From the NCBI GenBank assembly GCA_963812285.1, contig CAWEUR010000034.1:1139-65138 (forward strand): a stretch of DNA of 64,000 nucleotides. Reading direction: 5' to 3'. A program made the position numbers and the translations under genes. The notes under the pieces were generated by a model, which searched no databases, was not told the DNA's origin, and saw nothing but the letters and a program-made list of their open reading frames with translations. Below, in pieces: positions 10,653 through 20,295 of this stretch (position 1 is its first letter; the number at the start of each line of letters is the position of its first letter). This DNA comes from an uncultured Alphaproteobacteria bacterium. GTDB taxonomy: Bacteria; Pseudomonadota; Alphaproteobacteria; Rhizobiales; Kaistiaceae.

Positions 10653-12497
10653 ATGAAGACCGTGCGGCTGACCATGGCGCAGGCCCTGGTTCGATACCTG
10701 ACCGCCCAGAAGATCGTCATCGACCGCGAGGAGGTTCCGCTCTTCGGCGGCGTATTCGCCATCTTCGGTCATGGCAACGTCACCTGCCTCGGCGAGGCGC
10801 TCGAGCCGGTCCAGGATGTGCTGCCGACCTGGCGCGGCCAGAACGAGCAGTCCATGGCGCTCGCCGCCATCGCCTATGCCAAGGCGAAGAAGCGCCGGCA
10901 GATCATGATCGCCACCTCCTCGATCGGTCCCGGCGCCACCAACATGGTGACCGCCGCCGGCGTCGCCCTGTCGAACCGCCTGCCGCTGCTGATCCTGTCC
11001 GGTGACACCTTCGCCAGCCGCATTCCCGATCCGGTGCTCCAGCAGGTCGAGCATTTCGGCAATCCGACGACGACCGTCAACGACGCCTTCAAGGCGGTGA
11101 CCCGCTACTGGGACCGCATCACCCGGCCGGAGCAGATCGTCACTTCGCTGCCCCAGGCGATCGCCACCATGCTCGATCCCGGCGATTGCGGGCCGGCCTT
11201 CATTGGCCTGGCGCAGGACGTCCAGGGCGAGGCCTACGATTTCCCCGCCGCCTTCTTCGAGCCCACCGTCCACCGCATCCCGCGCCCGCGGCCGGACGCC
11301 GATTCGCTGCGCGAGGCGGCGAGCCTGCTGAGGAAGGCAAAGAAGCCGCTGATCATCGCCGGCGGCGGCGTCCACTATTCGCTCGCCACCCAGGCGCTGG
11401 CCGACTTCGCCGAGCGGCATAACATCCCCGTCACCGAGACGATGAACGGCCGCACGATCCTCCTCCACGACAACCCGCTCAATATCGGGCCGCTCGGGGT
11501 TACCGGCTCGACCTCCGCCAACGCCCTTGCCGCCGAGGCCGACGTGGTGCTTGCCGTCGGCACGCGGCTGCAGGATTTCACCACTGGCTCGTGGACGGTC
11601 TTCGACAATCCGGATGTGCGCATCGTCTCGCTCAACACCGCCCGCTTCGATGCTCACAAGCATCGCGCCCTGTCGGTCGTCGGCGATGCGCTGATCGGCC
11701 TGGAGGAACTGACAGAGGCGCTGTCCGGCTGGCGCTCCGCCGATGCATGGGCGAAGCGCGGCGCCGACGAGATGGCCAAGTGGAACGCCCTCATCGACAA
11801 GCTGTCGGGGCCGACCAACGCCGAGGTGCCGAGCTATGCCCAGGTCGTCGGCGCGGTGAACCGCGTCTGCGAGCCGACCGATCTGGTGCTGACCGCGGCC
11901 GGCGGTCTGCCGGGCGAGCTCAACAAGAACTGGCGGGCAAAGTCGGTCGGCAGCTTCGACTGCGAATATGGCTATTCCTGCATGGGCTACGAGATCGCCG
12001 GCGCCTGGGGCGCCAAGATGGCCGATCCCGGGCGCGAGGTGATCTCGCTCGTCGGCGACGGCTCCTATCTGATGATGAATTCCGACATCTATTCCTCGGT
12101 GCTGACCGGCCACAAGCTGATCGTCCTCGTCTGCGACAATGGCGGCTTCGCGGTCATCAATCGCCTGCAGAATTTCAAGGGCTCCAAGTCCTTTAACAAC
12201 CTCATCGCCGATTGCCGGGTGAAGGACCTGGTCGAGGTCGACTTCGCCAAACATGCCGAATCCATGGGCGCCATCGCCGAGACGGTTCATTCGATCGGCG
12301 AACTGGAAAGCGCCTTCGCCCGCGCCAAGCAGGCCGACCGCACCAGCGTCATCGTCATCAAGGTGCAGCAGCACACCTGGACTCCGGGCGATGCCTGGTG
12401 GGAGACCGGCGTGCCCGAGATCAGCGAGCGCCAGCAGGTGCGCGAGGCGCGCGCCGACCACGACAAGAGCAAGGGCAACCAGCGCGTCGGCATCTGA
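10653..12497 (+). CDS. iolD: 3D-(3,5/4)-trihydroxycyclohexane-1,2-dione acylhydrolase (TPP-dependent, decyclizing)
   Basis: MKTVRLTMAQALVRYL N-terminus and TPP-binding GDGSYLMMNSDIYSSV...CDNGGFAVI. ATG 10653 is preceded by GAGGGGAGGAG. Confidence 0.9.
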   Translation: MKTVRLTMAQALVRYLTAQKIVIDREEVPLFGGVFAIFGHGNVTCLGEALEPVQDVLPTWRGQNEQSMALAAIAYAKAKKRRQIMIATSSIGPGATNMVTAAGVALSNRLPLLILSGDTFASRIPDPVLQQVEHFGNPTTTVNDAFKAVTRYWDRITRPEQIVTSLPQAIATMLDPGDCGPAFIGLAQDVQGEAYDFPAAFFEPTVHRIPRPRPDADSLREAASLLRKAKKPLIIAGGGVHYSLATQALADFAERHNIPVTETMNGRTILLHDNPLNIGPLGVTGSTSANALAAEADVVLAVGTRLQDFTTGSWTVFDNPDVRIVSLNTARFDAHKHRALSVVGDALIGLEELTEALSGWRSADAWAKRGADEMAKWNALIDKLSGPTNAEVPSYAQVVGAVNRVCEPTDLVLTAAGGLPGELNKNWRAKSVGSFDCEYGYSCMGYEIAGAWGAKMADPGREVISLVGDGSYLMMNSDIYSSVLTGHKLIVLVCDNGGFAVINRLQNFKGSKSFNNLIADCRVKDLVEVDFAKHAESMGAIAETVHSIGELESAFARAKQADRTSVIVIKVQQHTWTPGDAWWETGVPEISERQQVREARADHDKSKGNQRVGI

Positions 12498-12596
12498 GTC
12501 GACAATTGGCAATCGGCAGTTGGCAGTCGCTTCCCTTCTTCCGAATGCCGACTGCCCACTGCCTTCCCCCGCTTCCCCCATCGGAGCCCCCACCCC

Positions 12597-13502
12597 ATGT
12601 CCCGCTTCATCCGCCTCGGCGTTGCGCCGATTGCCTGGTCGAACAGCGACCTGCCTCAACTCGGCGGCGCCACTTCGCTCGAGACCTGCCTGAGGGAGAG
12701 CCGCAAGGCCGGCTTCTCCGGCACCGAGACCGGCGTCAAGTTCATGATGGATGCCGATGTGCTCCAGCCGGTTCTCGCCAAACACAAGCTGGCGCTGGTC
12801 TCCGGCTGGTTCTCCGGCGAACTGATCAAGCGCTCGGTCAAGGCGGAGAAGGAGCGCATCCTGTCTCAGATGGAGACCTTCAAGGCGCTCGGCGCGCCGG
12901 TCCTCGTCTACGCCGAGACCACCGGCACGGTGCAGAACAGGATCGACACGCCGCTCTCGAAGCGACCGCATCTCGCCGACGAGGATTTCCCCGCCTACGG
13001 TAGGAAACTCACCGAGCTCGCCGAATGGATGGCCGATTTCGGAGTGGCGATGACCTACCATCACCACATGGGCACTGTCATCGAGACCCAGCGCGAGATC
13101 GACCTGCTGATGGCCCATACCGGCGCGGCCGTCGGGCTATTGCTCGATACCGGCCATCTGCGCTTCGCCGGCGGCGACATCGCCGAGACGACCCGTAAGC
13201 ACGGCCGCCGCATCAACCATGTCCACTGCAAGGATCTGCGCTGGGACGTGCTGAAGGCCGCCCGGCAGAAGGATCAGAGCTTCCTCGCCGCCATCCTCGA
13301 TGGCGTCTTCACCGTGCCCGGCGACGGCTTCATCGACTATCACGCCTTCGCCCGGCAACTGGCCGAGATCGGCTATGACGGCTGGGTCGTGGTCGAGGCG
13401 GAACAGGATCCGGAGAAGGCGCCGCCCTTTGAATATTCCCGCATGGGTCATCGTCACCTGACCGCCGCCTTCGAGGCCGCCGGCTATCAAATCGTCACCT
13501 GA
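12597..13502 (+). CDS. iolE: Myo-inosose-2 dehydratase (xylose isomerase-like TIM barrel)
   Basis: LGVAPIAWSNSDLPQLGG, MTYHHHMGTVIET, INHVHCKD and WVVVEAEQDP are typical IolE strings. It lies directly downstream of iolD. Confidence 0.9.
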   Translation: MSRFIRLGVAPIAWSNSDLPQLGGATSLETCLRESRKAGFSGTETGVKFMMDADVLQPVLAKHKLALVSGWFSGELIKRSVKAEKERILSQMETFKALGAPVLVYAETTGTVQNRIDTPLSKRPHLADEDFPAYGRKLTELAEWMADFGVAMTYHHHMGTVIETQREIDLLMAHTGAAVGLLLDTGHLRFAGGDIAETTRKHGRRINHVHCKDLRWDVLKAARQKDQSFLAAILDGVFTVPGDGFIDYHAFARQLAEIGYDGWVVVEAEQDPEKAPPFEYSRMGHRHLTAAFEAAGYQIVT

Positions 13503-13740
13503 TCGTCGTGTAGTCGCTTTCGGGCGATTCGAAGCGGTCCGAGGCGCGTCAGCGCATCGCCGGGTCGAAATCTGCGGTTGCCGTCAACCATGGCGGATGC
13601 GTCGGCGCGGCGTAGCCGTCTGCGGATTTCAATGAATCTTATATACATGGTTCGGAATTAAACCTCGGATGGCGTGCCCCAGACGACGCAACCATGGACC
13701 GGGAGTAGAAACACTGCTAGATTTGGCCCTATTACAGTTG

Positions 13741-13754
13741 AGACATCCTTGTCT
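13741..13754. promoter_or_regulatory. Inverted repeat AGACA-TCCT-TGTCT upstream of the GntR gene; candidate autoregulatory operator
   Basis: 5-bp perfect arms ending 24 nt upstream of start 13778, inside the only AT-rich patch of this intergenic region. GntR/FadR operators are typically short palindromes. Confidence 0.3.
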
Positions 13755-13777
13755 AGGTTCGAAGCATCACATCTCTT

Positions 13778-14509
13778 GTGACTCAAGATCGCCTCTATCC
13801 TTCAGCGGCGCTACACGGACAGGTTGCTCACGAAATAGGACGACGAATCGTCTCCGGGGCGATCGCGGAAGGTGAAAGCCTGCCGCGGGAGGCGGAATTG
13901 TCGGATCAGTTTTCGGTGAGCCGGCAGGCCATCCGTGAGGCGCTGAAAGTTCTTGCCGCCAAAGGTCTGGTGACGTCGCGCCGGCGTGCCGGTACCTCTG
14001 TCACGCCCCGCCGCGAGTGGCACCTTTTTGATCCAGACGTGCTCGCCTGGCATCCGCCGCTTGGGCTCCAGTCCAAATTCCTCAACGATATTGTAGAGAT
14101 CCGCCAGATCATCGAACCGGCCGCGGCCTATTATGCCGCCGAGCGCGGCGAGGCCGACAAGATCGCGGAAATCACCGGGGCGCTCGAGGCGATGCGGCGC
14201 AACAAGGGCGATACCGACGCCCTCATCGCATCCGACATTGCGTTTCATCTGGCGATCTTCGCTGCCAGCGGGAATGGCCTGATCGACCGGCTGAGCACGG
14301 TTCTCGGCCCCTTGTTCCGGGCGAGTTTCCGCATTCACAGCGAGACCGCACCCGTGCGCGAGGAGATCATTGAAAGCCACGCCGCCGTGCACGATGCGAT
14401 CGTCGACAGAGATCCTGCGCGCGCCGCCGCGGCGATGGCGAGCATGCTGGCCAGGGTCACCGATGAGATCGCTCGTCTGCGCTTCGCACAGGACCGCACG
14501 CGCAACTAA
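13778..14509 (+). CDS. GntR family transcriptional regulator (FadR/FCD subfamily)
   Basis: N-terminal winged-helix LPREAELSDQFSVSRQAIREALKVLAAKGLV followed by an all-helical FCD-like C-terminal domain. GTG start. Confidence 0.88.
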   Translation: MTQDRLYPSAALHGQVAHEIGRRIVSGAIAEGESLPREAELSDQFSVSRQAIREALKVLAAKGLVTSRRRAGTSVTPRREWHLFDPDVLAWHPPLGLQSKFLNDIVEIRQIIEPAAAYYAAERGEADKIAEITGALEAMRRNKGDTDALIASDIAFHLAIFAASGNGLIDRLSTVLGPLFRASFRIHSETAPVREEIIESHAAVHDAIVDRDPARAAAAMASMLARVTDEIARLRFAQDRTRN

Positions 14510-14600
14510 CTGACCCGGGATAGCCTCCGTGCTTGCCAGAACGCGCGCGGCGGCCAAGAATGCCGCTCCCCGACAACACCCAGCCGGAATAACTCGTCGC

Positions 14601-16302
14601 ATGAATGAGGCCGCCAAACGCCGCCGCGGGATCGATCGCGGACTGACCAATTACGGGGATCCGGCGTTCGCCCGCTATCTCCGCCGCTCCTTCGCCAAGT
14701 CCATGGGCTATTCCGATGCCATGCTCGACCGGCCGGTCGTCGGCATCGCCTATACCCACAGCGGCTTCAACAATTGCCACCGCCATTTTCCCGAGCTGCT
14801 GCAGGCGGTGAAGCGCGGCGTGCTTGCCGGCGGCGCGCTGCCGCTGGAGTTCCCGACGATCTCGCTCGGCGAGGTCTTCCTGTCTCCGACCAGCCTGAAA
14901 TTCCGCAATCTGGCGGCGCTCGACACCGAGGAGATGATCCGCGCCCAGCCGATGGACGCCGTGGTCCTGATGGGCGGCTGCGACAAGACCGTGCCCGCCC
15001 AATTGATGGCCGCTGTCTCGGCCGATGTGCCCGCCATCGAGCTCGTCGGCGGACCGATGTCGACTTCGCGCCATCGCGGCGAGCGGCTCGGCGCCTGCAC
15101 CGATTGCCGCCGCTTCTGGGCCCGTTACCGTGCCGGCGAGATCGAGTGACGAAGATATCGAGGTGGTCGAGGGGCGGCTGGCGACGACGGCCGGCACCTG
15201 CGCCGTCATGGGCACGGCGAGCACCATGGCCTGCCTCACCGAAGCCCTGGGCATGGGGCTGCGCGGTTCGGCCGCCGCGCCAGCGGTTCATGCCGACCGG
15301 CTGCGCATCGCCGAGGAGAGTGGTCTGCGCGCCGCCGCCATGGTCGATGGCGCGCTGAAGCCGTCCGACATCGTCACCGAGGCCTCGATCGAGAACGCCA
15401 TTCGCGTCCTGCTGGCCATCGGCGGCTCGACCAATGCGGTCCTCCATCTCACCGCGATCGCCCGCCGCCGCGGCATCAGGATCGACCTCAACCGATTCAA
15501 CGAACTGTCTGAAACGACTCCGGTTCTGGTCAATCTCAAGCCGGTCGGCGAGGGCTATATGGAAGACCTCTTCGCCGCCGGCGGCCTCGAGGCGGTGATG
15601 CGAGAGCTCAAGCCGCTGCTCAACCTCGATTGCATGACGGTCACCGGCGAGACCCTCGGCCAGCGGCTGGAACGCCCGCCGCTCGATCCGACCGACCGGG
15701 CCGTGGTCAGTGCCCGCGAAACGCCGATCGAACCGGAAGGCGGCCTCATCGCGCTTTTCGGATCGCTGGCGCCGGGCGGGGCCATTCTCAAGCGCTCAGC
15801 CGCCGATCCGCGCCTCTTCGAGCATACCGGCCGGGCGGTGGTCTTTACCTCGCTCGAGGATCTGTCGGCACGCATCGACGATCCGGATCTCGACGTGACG
15901 CCCGATGATGTCCTGGTTCTCCAGAACGCCGGCCCGCAGAGCGAATCGGCCATGCCGGAGGCCGGCTACCTGCCGATTCCGAAGAAGCTCGCCCGCGCCG
16001 GCGTCAAGGATATGATCCGTGTTTCCGACGCGCGCATGTCCGGCACCGCCTATGGCGCCGTGGTGCTCCATGTGACGCCGGACGCGGCGACCGGCGGCCC
16101 GCTCGCCCTTGTCCGCAATGGCGACCGGATCCGTCTCAGCGTCAAGGAACGGACGATCGACCTGCTGGTCGAGGAAGCCGAGCTAGCCCGGCGCCGCGCC
16201 GCCACGGAGGCCGCCGCCGCGCCGAAGCGCCGCGGCTACGACCGCCTCTACCACGCCCATGTTCTGCAGGCGGACGAGGGCTGCGACTTCGACTTCTGCT
16301 GA
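14601..16302 (+). pseudogene. IlvD/Edd family dehydratase (sugar-acid dehydratase type), frameshift at about 15147
   Basis: ORF 14529-15149 (GIAYTHSGFNNCHRHF...MGGCDKTVPAQLMA...YRAGEIE*) and ORF 15025-16302 (DEDIEVVEGRLATTAGTCAVMGTASTM...SDARMSGTAYG...) are contiguous. Removing T at 15147 restores RAGEIEDEDIEVVEG. Confidence 0.85.
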
Positions 16303-16313
16303 GAGCAGGGTCG

Positions 16314-17759
16314 CTATGACCCGTCGCGCAGCCGCGCGACCGTGCCGGTGGTGCTGTGGCCGTCGAGCAGTGGCAGCAGTTCCACCGAGCCGCCGATGCT
16401 CTTGACGAATTCGCTGCCCGGCACCGGCTTGTCCTTGTAGTCCGCGCCCTTGAAGATCACGTTCGGCCGGAGCGTCCTGATCAGCTCTTCCGGCGTGTCC
16501 TCGTCGAAGGCGACGACCAGGTCGACCGGACGCAGCGCGGCCAGCACCGCTGCCCGGGTGCCGACGTCCTGCACAGGTCGACCGGGCCCCTTCAGCCGCT
16601 CCGTCGACTCGTCCGTGTTGACGCCGACCACCAGCCGGTCGACACGCTCGCCCGCCTGTTCGAGGGAGTGGAGATGGCCCCGGTGGAGCAGGTCGAAGCA
16701 GCCATTGGTGAAGCCGACCCTGAGGCCCTGGGCCTTCCATGTGGCGACCGTTTCAGCCGCCTTCGCCCTGTCGGTGACCCCCACGGCCTTGATGCCGTCG
16801 AGCGCCTGTTTCAGCTCCTGCGGCTGCACGGTCGCCGTACCCGGCTTGGTGACGACAATGCCGGCCGCCTTGTTGGCGAGCCGCACCGCGTCCGCCAGCG
16901 GAACGCCGACGCCGAGCGCGCTCGCCAGCGTCGCGATCACCGTGTCGCCGGCACCGGTCACGTCGAAGACCTGGTGAGTCTCGGCGCGGATGTGCAGCGG
17001 CTCGGCGCCATTTCGCTCGACCAGCGTCATGCCGGCCTCGCCGCGCGTCAGCAGAACCGCCTCGATCGCCACCCTGTCGAGGACGTTGCGGCAGGCCGCT
17101 TCCGCGGCCGTGTCGCTGTCCGGGCGGATGCCGGTGAAGTTGAACATCTCTTCCGAGTTGGGGGTGACGATCGTTGCCCCTGCGAACATGTCCGCCTCGG
17201 CGTGCCGCGGGTCGACGACGATCGTCTTGCCGGCCGCGCGGCCGGCTTCGATCAGGGCAGAGACCGTCTCGGCGTCGAGCGCGCCGCGGCCATAGTCCGA
17301 GAGCACCATCACATTGCTTGCCGGCAGCGCGTTGCGGGCCGCCGTGATCAGAGCTTGGCGGATTTGGGGGGACATCGGCCGGTTATCTTCGGCATCGACG
17401 CATAGAAGCTGGTGCCAGCCGCTGAGATAGCGGGTCTTCACCGTCGTCGGCCGGCTCTTGTCGGGCAGGAGGACCGGCGTCAGCCTGAGGAAGGCGTCAC
17501 AGAGCTCGGCAAGCTCGGAGGCGGCGCTGTCGGCGCCGACGAGGCCGATCAGGGTCACCGCGCCGCCATAGGCCAGCGCGTTCGCGGCCGCGTTGCAGGC
17601 GCCGCCGAGCACCGCATGGGTGGTGTCCAGCTTGAGCACCGGCACCGGTGCCTCGCGCGAGATCCGCGTCACATGACCCTGGACGAAGCGATCGAGCAGC
17701 ACGTCGCCAACGACGAGGACATTGGCCGTGGCCAGACGATCGACAACACTGGCATCCAT
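16314..17759 (-). CDS. hldE: Bifunctional D-glycero-beta-D-manno-heptose-7-phosphate kinase / heptose-1-phosphate adenylyltransferase
   Basis: 481-aa intact ORF. Ribokinase-like N-domain (DVTGAGDTVIA) and cytidylyltransferase C-domain (GFTNGCFDLLHRGH). Confidence 0.92.
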   Translation of the reverse strand: MDASVVDRLATANVLVVGDVLLDRFVQGHVTRISREAPVPVLKLDTTHAVLGGACNAAANALAYGGAVTLIGLVGADSAASELAELCDAFLRLTPVLLPDKSRPTTVKTRYLSGWHQLLCVDAEDNRPMSPQIRQALITAARNALPASNVMVLSDYGRGALDAETVSALIEAGRAAGKTIVVDPRHAEADMFAGATIVTPNSEEMFNFTGIRPDSDTAAEAACRNVLDRVAIEAVLLTRGEAGMTLVERNGAEPLHIRAETHQVFDVTGAGDTVIATLASALGVGVPLADAVRLANKAAGIVVTKPGTATVQPQELKQALDGIKAVGVTDRAKAAETVATWKAQGLRVGFTNGCFDLLHRGHLHSLEQAGERVDRLVVGVNTDESTERLKGPGRPVQDVGTRAAVLAALRPVDLVVAFDEDTPEELIRTLRPNVIFKGADYKDKPVPGSEFVKSIGGSVELLPLLDGHSTTGTVARLRDGS

Positions 17760-17942
17760 GGAAGCTCAAACCGCATTCAAACGATGGCCCGGCGGCTCCC
17801 CGCCGACCTTGCCGGAATGGCTTATAGGCCGCTTGCCCGCCGGGCAAGGGCAGGGCGGGTGGCGCTTTACCAGGCAGCACCGTGACGACCGCGCCGCCGC
17901 GCGCCGCTTGACGCCCCGCGCCGCATCCGCGATGGCTTTGCC

Positions 17943-18966
17943 ATGCGTGTCCTGGTCGTCAAGCTCTCCTCCTTCGGGGACGTCGTCCACACATTTCCGG
18001 CGCTGAGCGACCTCGCCGCGGCCTTTCCGGAGGCGGAGGTCGACTGGCTCGTCGAGGAGGCCTTCGCGCCTTTGCTGCGCCTTCATCCGGCGGTTGGCGC
18101 GGTCTTCACGATCTCGCTTCGCCGGCGTCGCGCCCGGCCGCTTGAATGGCCGGCCCTGCTTGCCGAGTTTCGGGCGCTCCGGCGCGCCCTGCGGGCCCGC
18201 CGCTATGACCATGTGGTCGACCTTCAGGGCCTGCCGAAGAGTGCGATTCTTGGCCAATCTGGCCGGTGTCCCGGTTGCCGGCTATGACCGCGAGAGTGCC
18301 AGGAACGCGACCGCCGCGGTCTTCTACAAGCGGACATTCGTCGTCCCCCGGAACCTGCATGCGGTCGAGCGCAGCCGGCGTCTCCTCGCCGCCGCTATCG
18401 GCTATCCATTGCCCGATTCGACCGGTCGCTTCGGCCTGCACATCGCGGATGCCCCGACCGGCCTCGATCTGCCGGCCGACTATGCCGTCGCCGTCCACAT
18501 GGCGAGCTGGTCGACAAAACTCTGGCCGGAGGCAGCGTGGCGCCGGCTCCTCGAAGCCCTCGACGCCAGGGGGCTGGCGATTGTGCTGCCCTGGGGCAAT
18601 GGGGAAGAACGGGAGCGGGCGGAGCGTCTCGCCGACGGCTTGGCGAAGGCGCTTGTTCTGCCGCGCGTCCTCGATGGTCCGGCGCTGGCGTCCCTGCTTT
18701 CCGGCGCGCGGCTGGCGATCGGGCTCGATACCGGCCTGATGCATCTCGCCAATGCCTTCGATGTCCCCGGGGTATGGCTTTACGGGCCGACCGACCCGGC
18801 CCTCAGTGGTCCCTATGGCGACCGCCAGAGCGTCCTGCGTTCGCCCCATCCGGCCGCGCCCTGCGGCCAGCGGCACTGTTCGCGCGAGCCGTCCGGCGCC
18901 TGCTGCATGAATGCCATCGCGATGGAGGCGGTCCTCGCCGCCGTCGCCGCCCGGCTCCACGGATGA
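17943..18966 (+). pseudogene. waaC: Lipopolysaccharide heptosyltransferase I, frameshift at about 18252
   Basis: MRVLVVKLSSFGDVVHTFPALSDL N-terminus in ORF 17943-18287. The rest (LAGVPVAGYDRES...GLDTGLMHLANAFDVP) is in ORF 18094-18966. Removing one G at 18252 gives KSAILANLAGVPVAGYD. Confidence 0.85.
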
Positions 18967-18973
18967 CGGGCCC

Positions 18974-20041
18974 TCAGCCGCCGACCGCCTCGGCGAGCGG
19001 TGGCGGTGCGGCGGGGGCGATCACCTCCAGGACCGCCGCCGCCACGTCGGAGGCCTTGATGAGGTTCAGGCAGTCGAGATGGCCGAGCGGGCAGATCCGC
19101 TTGCCGCAGGGGCGACAGGGCAAGTCGATCTCCAGCACCCGCGCCCGCTCGCTGAGCGGCGGCGAGACGGTAGAGGAGGTCGAGCCGAAAAGGGCGACAA
19201 CCGGCCGTCCGAGCGCCGCCGCGACATGCATCAGCCCCGAATCGTTGGTCACCGCCGCCGCGGTCAGCGACAGGAGGTCGAGCGCCTCGATGATGCTTGT
19301 CTTGCCGCACAGATTGACCGGCAGGGCGCGCTTGTCGCGGGCGCGGACCAGCGCAAGCATGGCGTCCGCCGCTTCGGCTTCCTTTGGGCCGCCGATCAGC
19401 CACAGGGCATAGTCCTTTTCGGCCAGCCGGTCGGCGAGGGCGGCGAAATGGGCCGGGGGCCACCGCTTGGCCGGCCCGAATTCGGCCCCCGGGCACAGCG
19501 CCACCACCGGCCGGGTCTCACCGGCAAGGCCGAGCCGCTCGGCGACCGCCCGCGCATTGTCGGGATCGGCGTTGAGGACCGGCGCCGGCGCGTCGGTGAT
19601 CGGTGTCCCGCTATCCTCGGCAAGCGATGCGTAAACGTCGACCGTCCGCCGGTGGGCGCGGCCGCGCACGTTCGGGCGCGCATCGTTGAGGACGAAATAG
19701 CGGCTTTCGCCGAGATAGCCGCGCCGGCGTGGAATGGCCGCGGCTACGGGGATGAGCGCCGATTTCCAGTTGCTGCGCAGGACGATCGCCCAGTCGTACT
19801 GGCTCTCCCTGAGGCCGTGGCCGAAGCGCAGGCTGCCGAGGATGCCGACCCGGCCGTGGGTGAAGTTGACCGGTAGCGCGTTGGTGACGCCCGGCATGCG
19901 CGCGGCGAGCGGCGCCAGCGGCGCCGGAACCACGACATCGATCGTCGCGTCAGGGTGATGCTGGCGCAGCCGCGCCACCAGGCTTTGCGCCATCACCACG
20001 TCGCCGACCCAGGCCGGCGCGATGATCAGGATCCGCGTCAT
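18974..20041 (-). CDS. waaF: Lipopolysaccharide heptosyltransferase II
   Basis: MTRILIIAPAWVGDVVMAQSL N-terminus and TNDSGLMHVAAALGRPVVALFG. The longer ORF to 20137 has an unsupported N-terminal extension. Confidence 0.88.
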   Translation of the reverse strand: MTRILIIAPAWVGDVVMAQSLVARLRQHHPDATIDVVVPAPLAPLAARMPGVTNALPVNFTHGRVGILGSLRFGHGLRESQYDWAIVLRSNWKSALIPVAAAIPRRRGYLGESRYFVLNDARPNVRGRAHRRTVDVYASLAEDSGTPITDAPAPVLNADPDNARAVAERLGLAGETRPVVALCPGAEFGPAKRWPPAHFAALADRLAEKDYALWLIGGPKEAEAADAMLALVRARDKRALPVNLCGKTSIIEALDLLSLTAAAVTNDSGLMHVAAALGRPVVALFGSTSSTVSPPLSERARVLEIDLPCRPCGKRICPLGHLDCLNLIKASDVAAAVLEVIAPAAPPPLAEAVGG

Positions 20042-20206
20042 CCGCGAAGCGTCTCGCCCTTTCGCCGGGAATGCGCCGCTCTGTCGGATCGGACAACGGC
20101 GCGGCACCCTGGAGGCCTTCCAGACGTGGCATAGCACCTAAGCCGCGGGGGAGGGAGGCCCGAATTCGGCTCTCTCCGCTCCGCCGCGATGCCTAGAGCA
20201 ATTGCA

Positions 20207-20229
20207 GGAAAAGTGGGCACCACTTTTCC
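20207..20229 (-). terminator. Perfect 10-bp stem / 3-nt loop hairpin downstream of korB; candidate terminator or intergenic repeat
   Basis: GGAAAAGTGG-gca-CCACTTTTCC lies 67 nt after the korB stop (20296). The U-rich run is part of the stem rather than a separate tail. Confidence 0.35.
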
Positions 20230-20295
20230 GTCCGAAATTGCGATGAGAACAAAAAGTTGGAGAGGATCAGCGATTCCATCGAACGATGATCCGCT

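Noticed and set aside
10320-13118. 932-aa ORF on the minus strand spanning iolD and iolE
   Set aside because: It is antisense to two genes with strong family signatures. The product is Gly/Arg/Ala/Asp-rich low-complexity sequence typical of stop-free antisense frames in high-GC DNA, with no RBS and no family resemblance.
13756-13765. GGTTCGAAGC, resembling a tRNA T-loop, in the intergenic region before the GntR gene
   Set aside because: The flanking bases do not form a T-stem, and no acceptor, D or anticodon arms can be drawn. It is not a tRNA or a convincing tRNA fragment.
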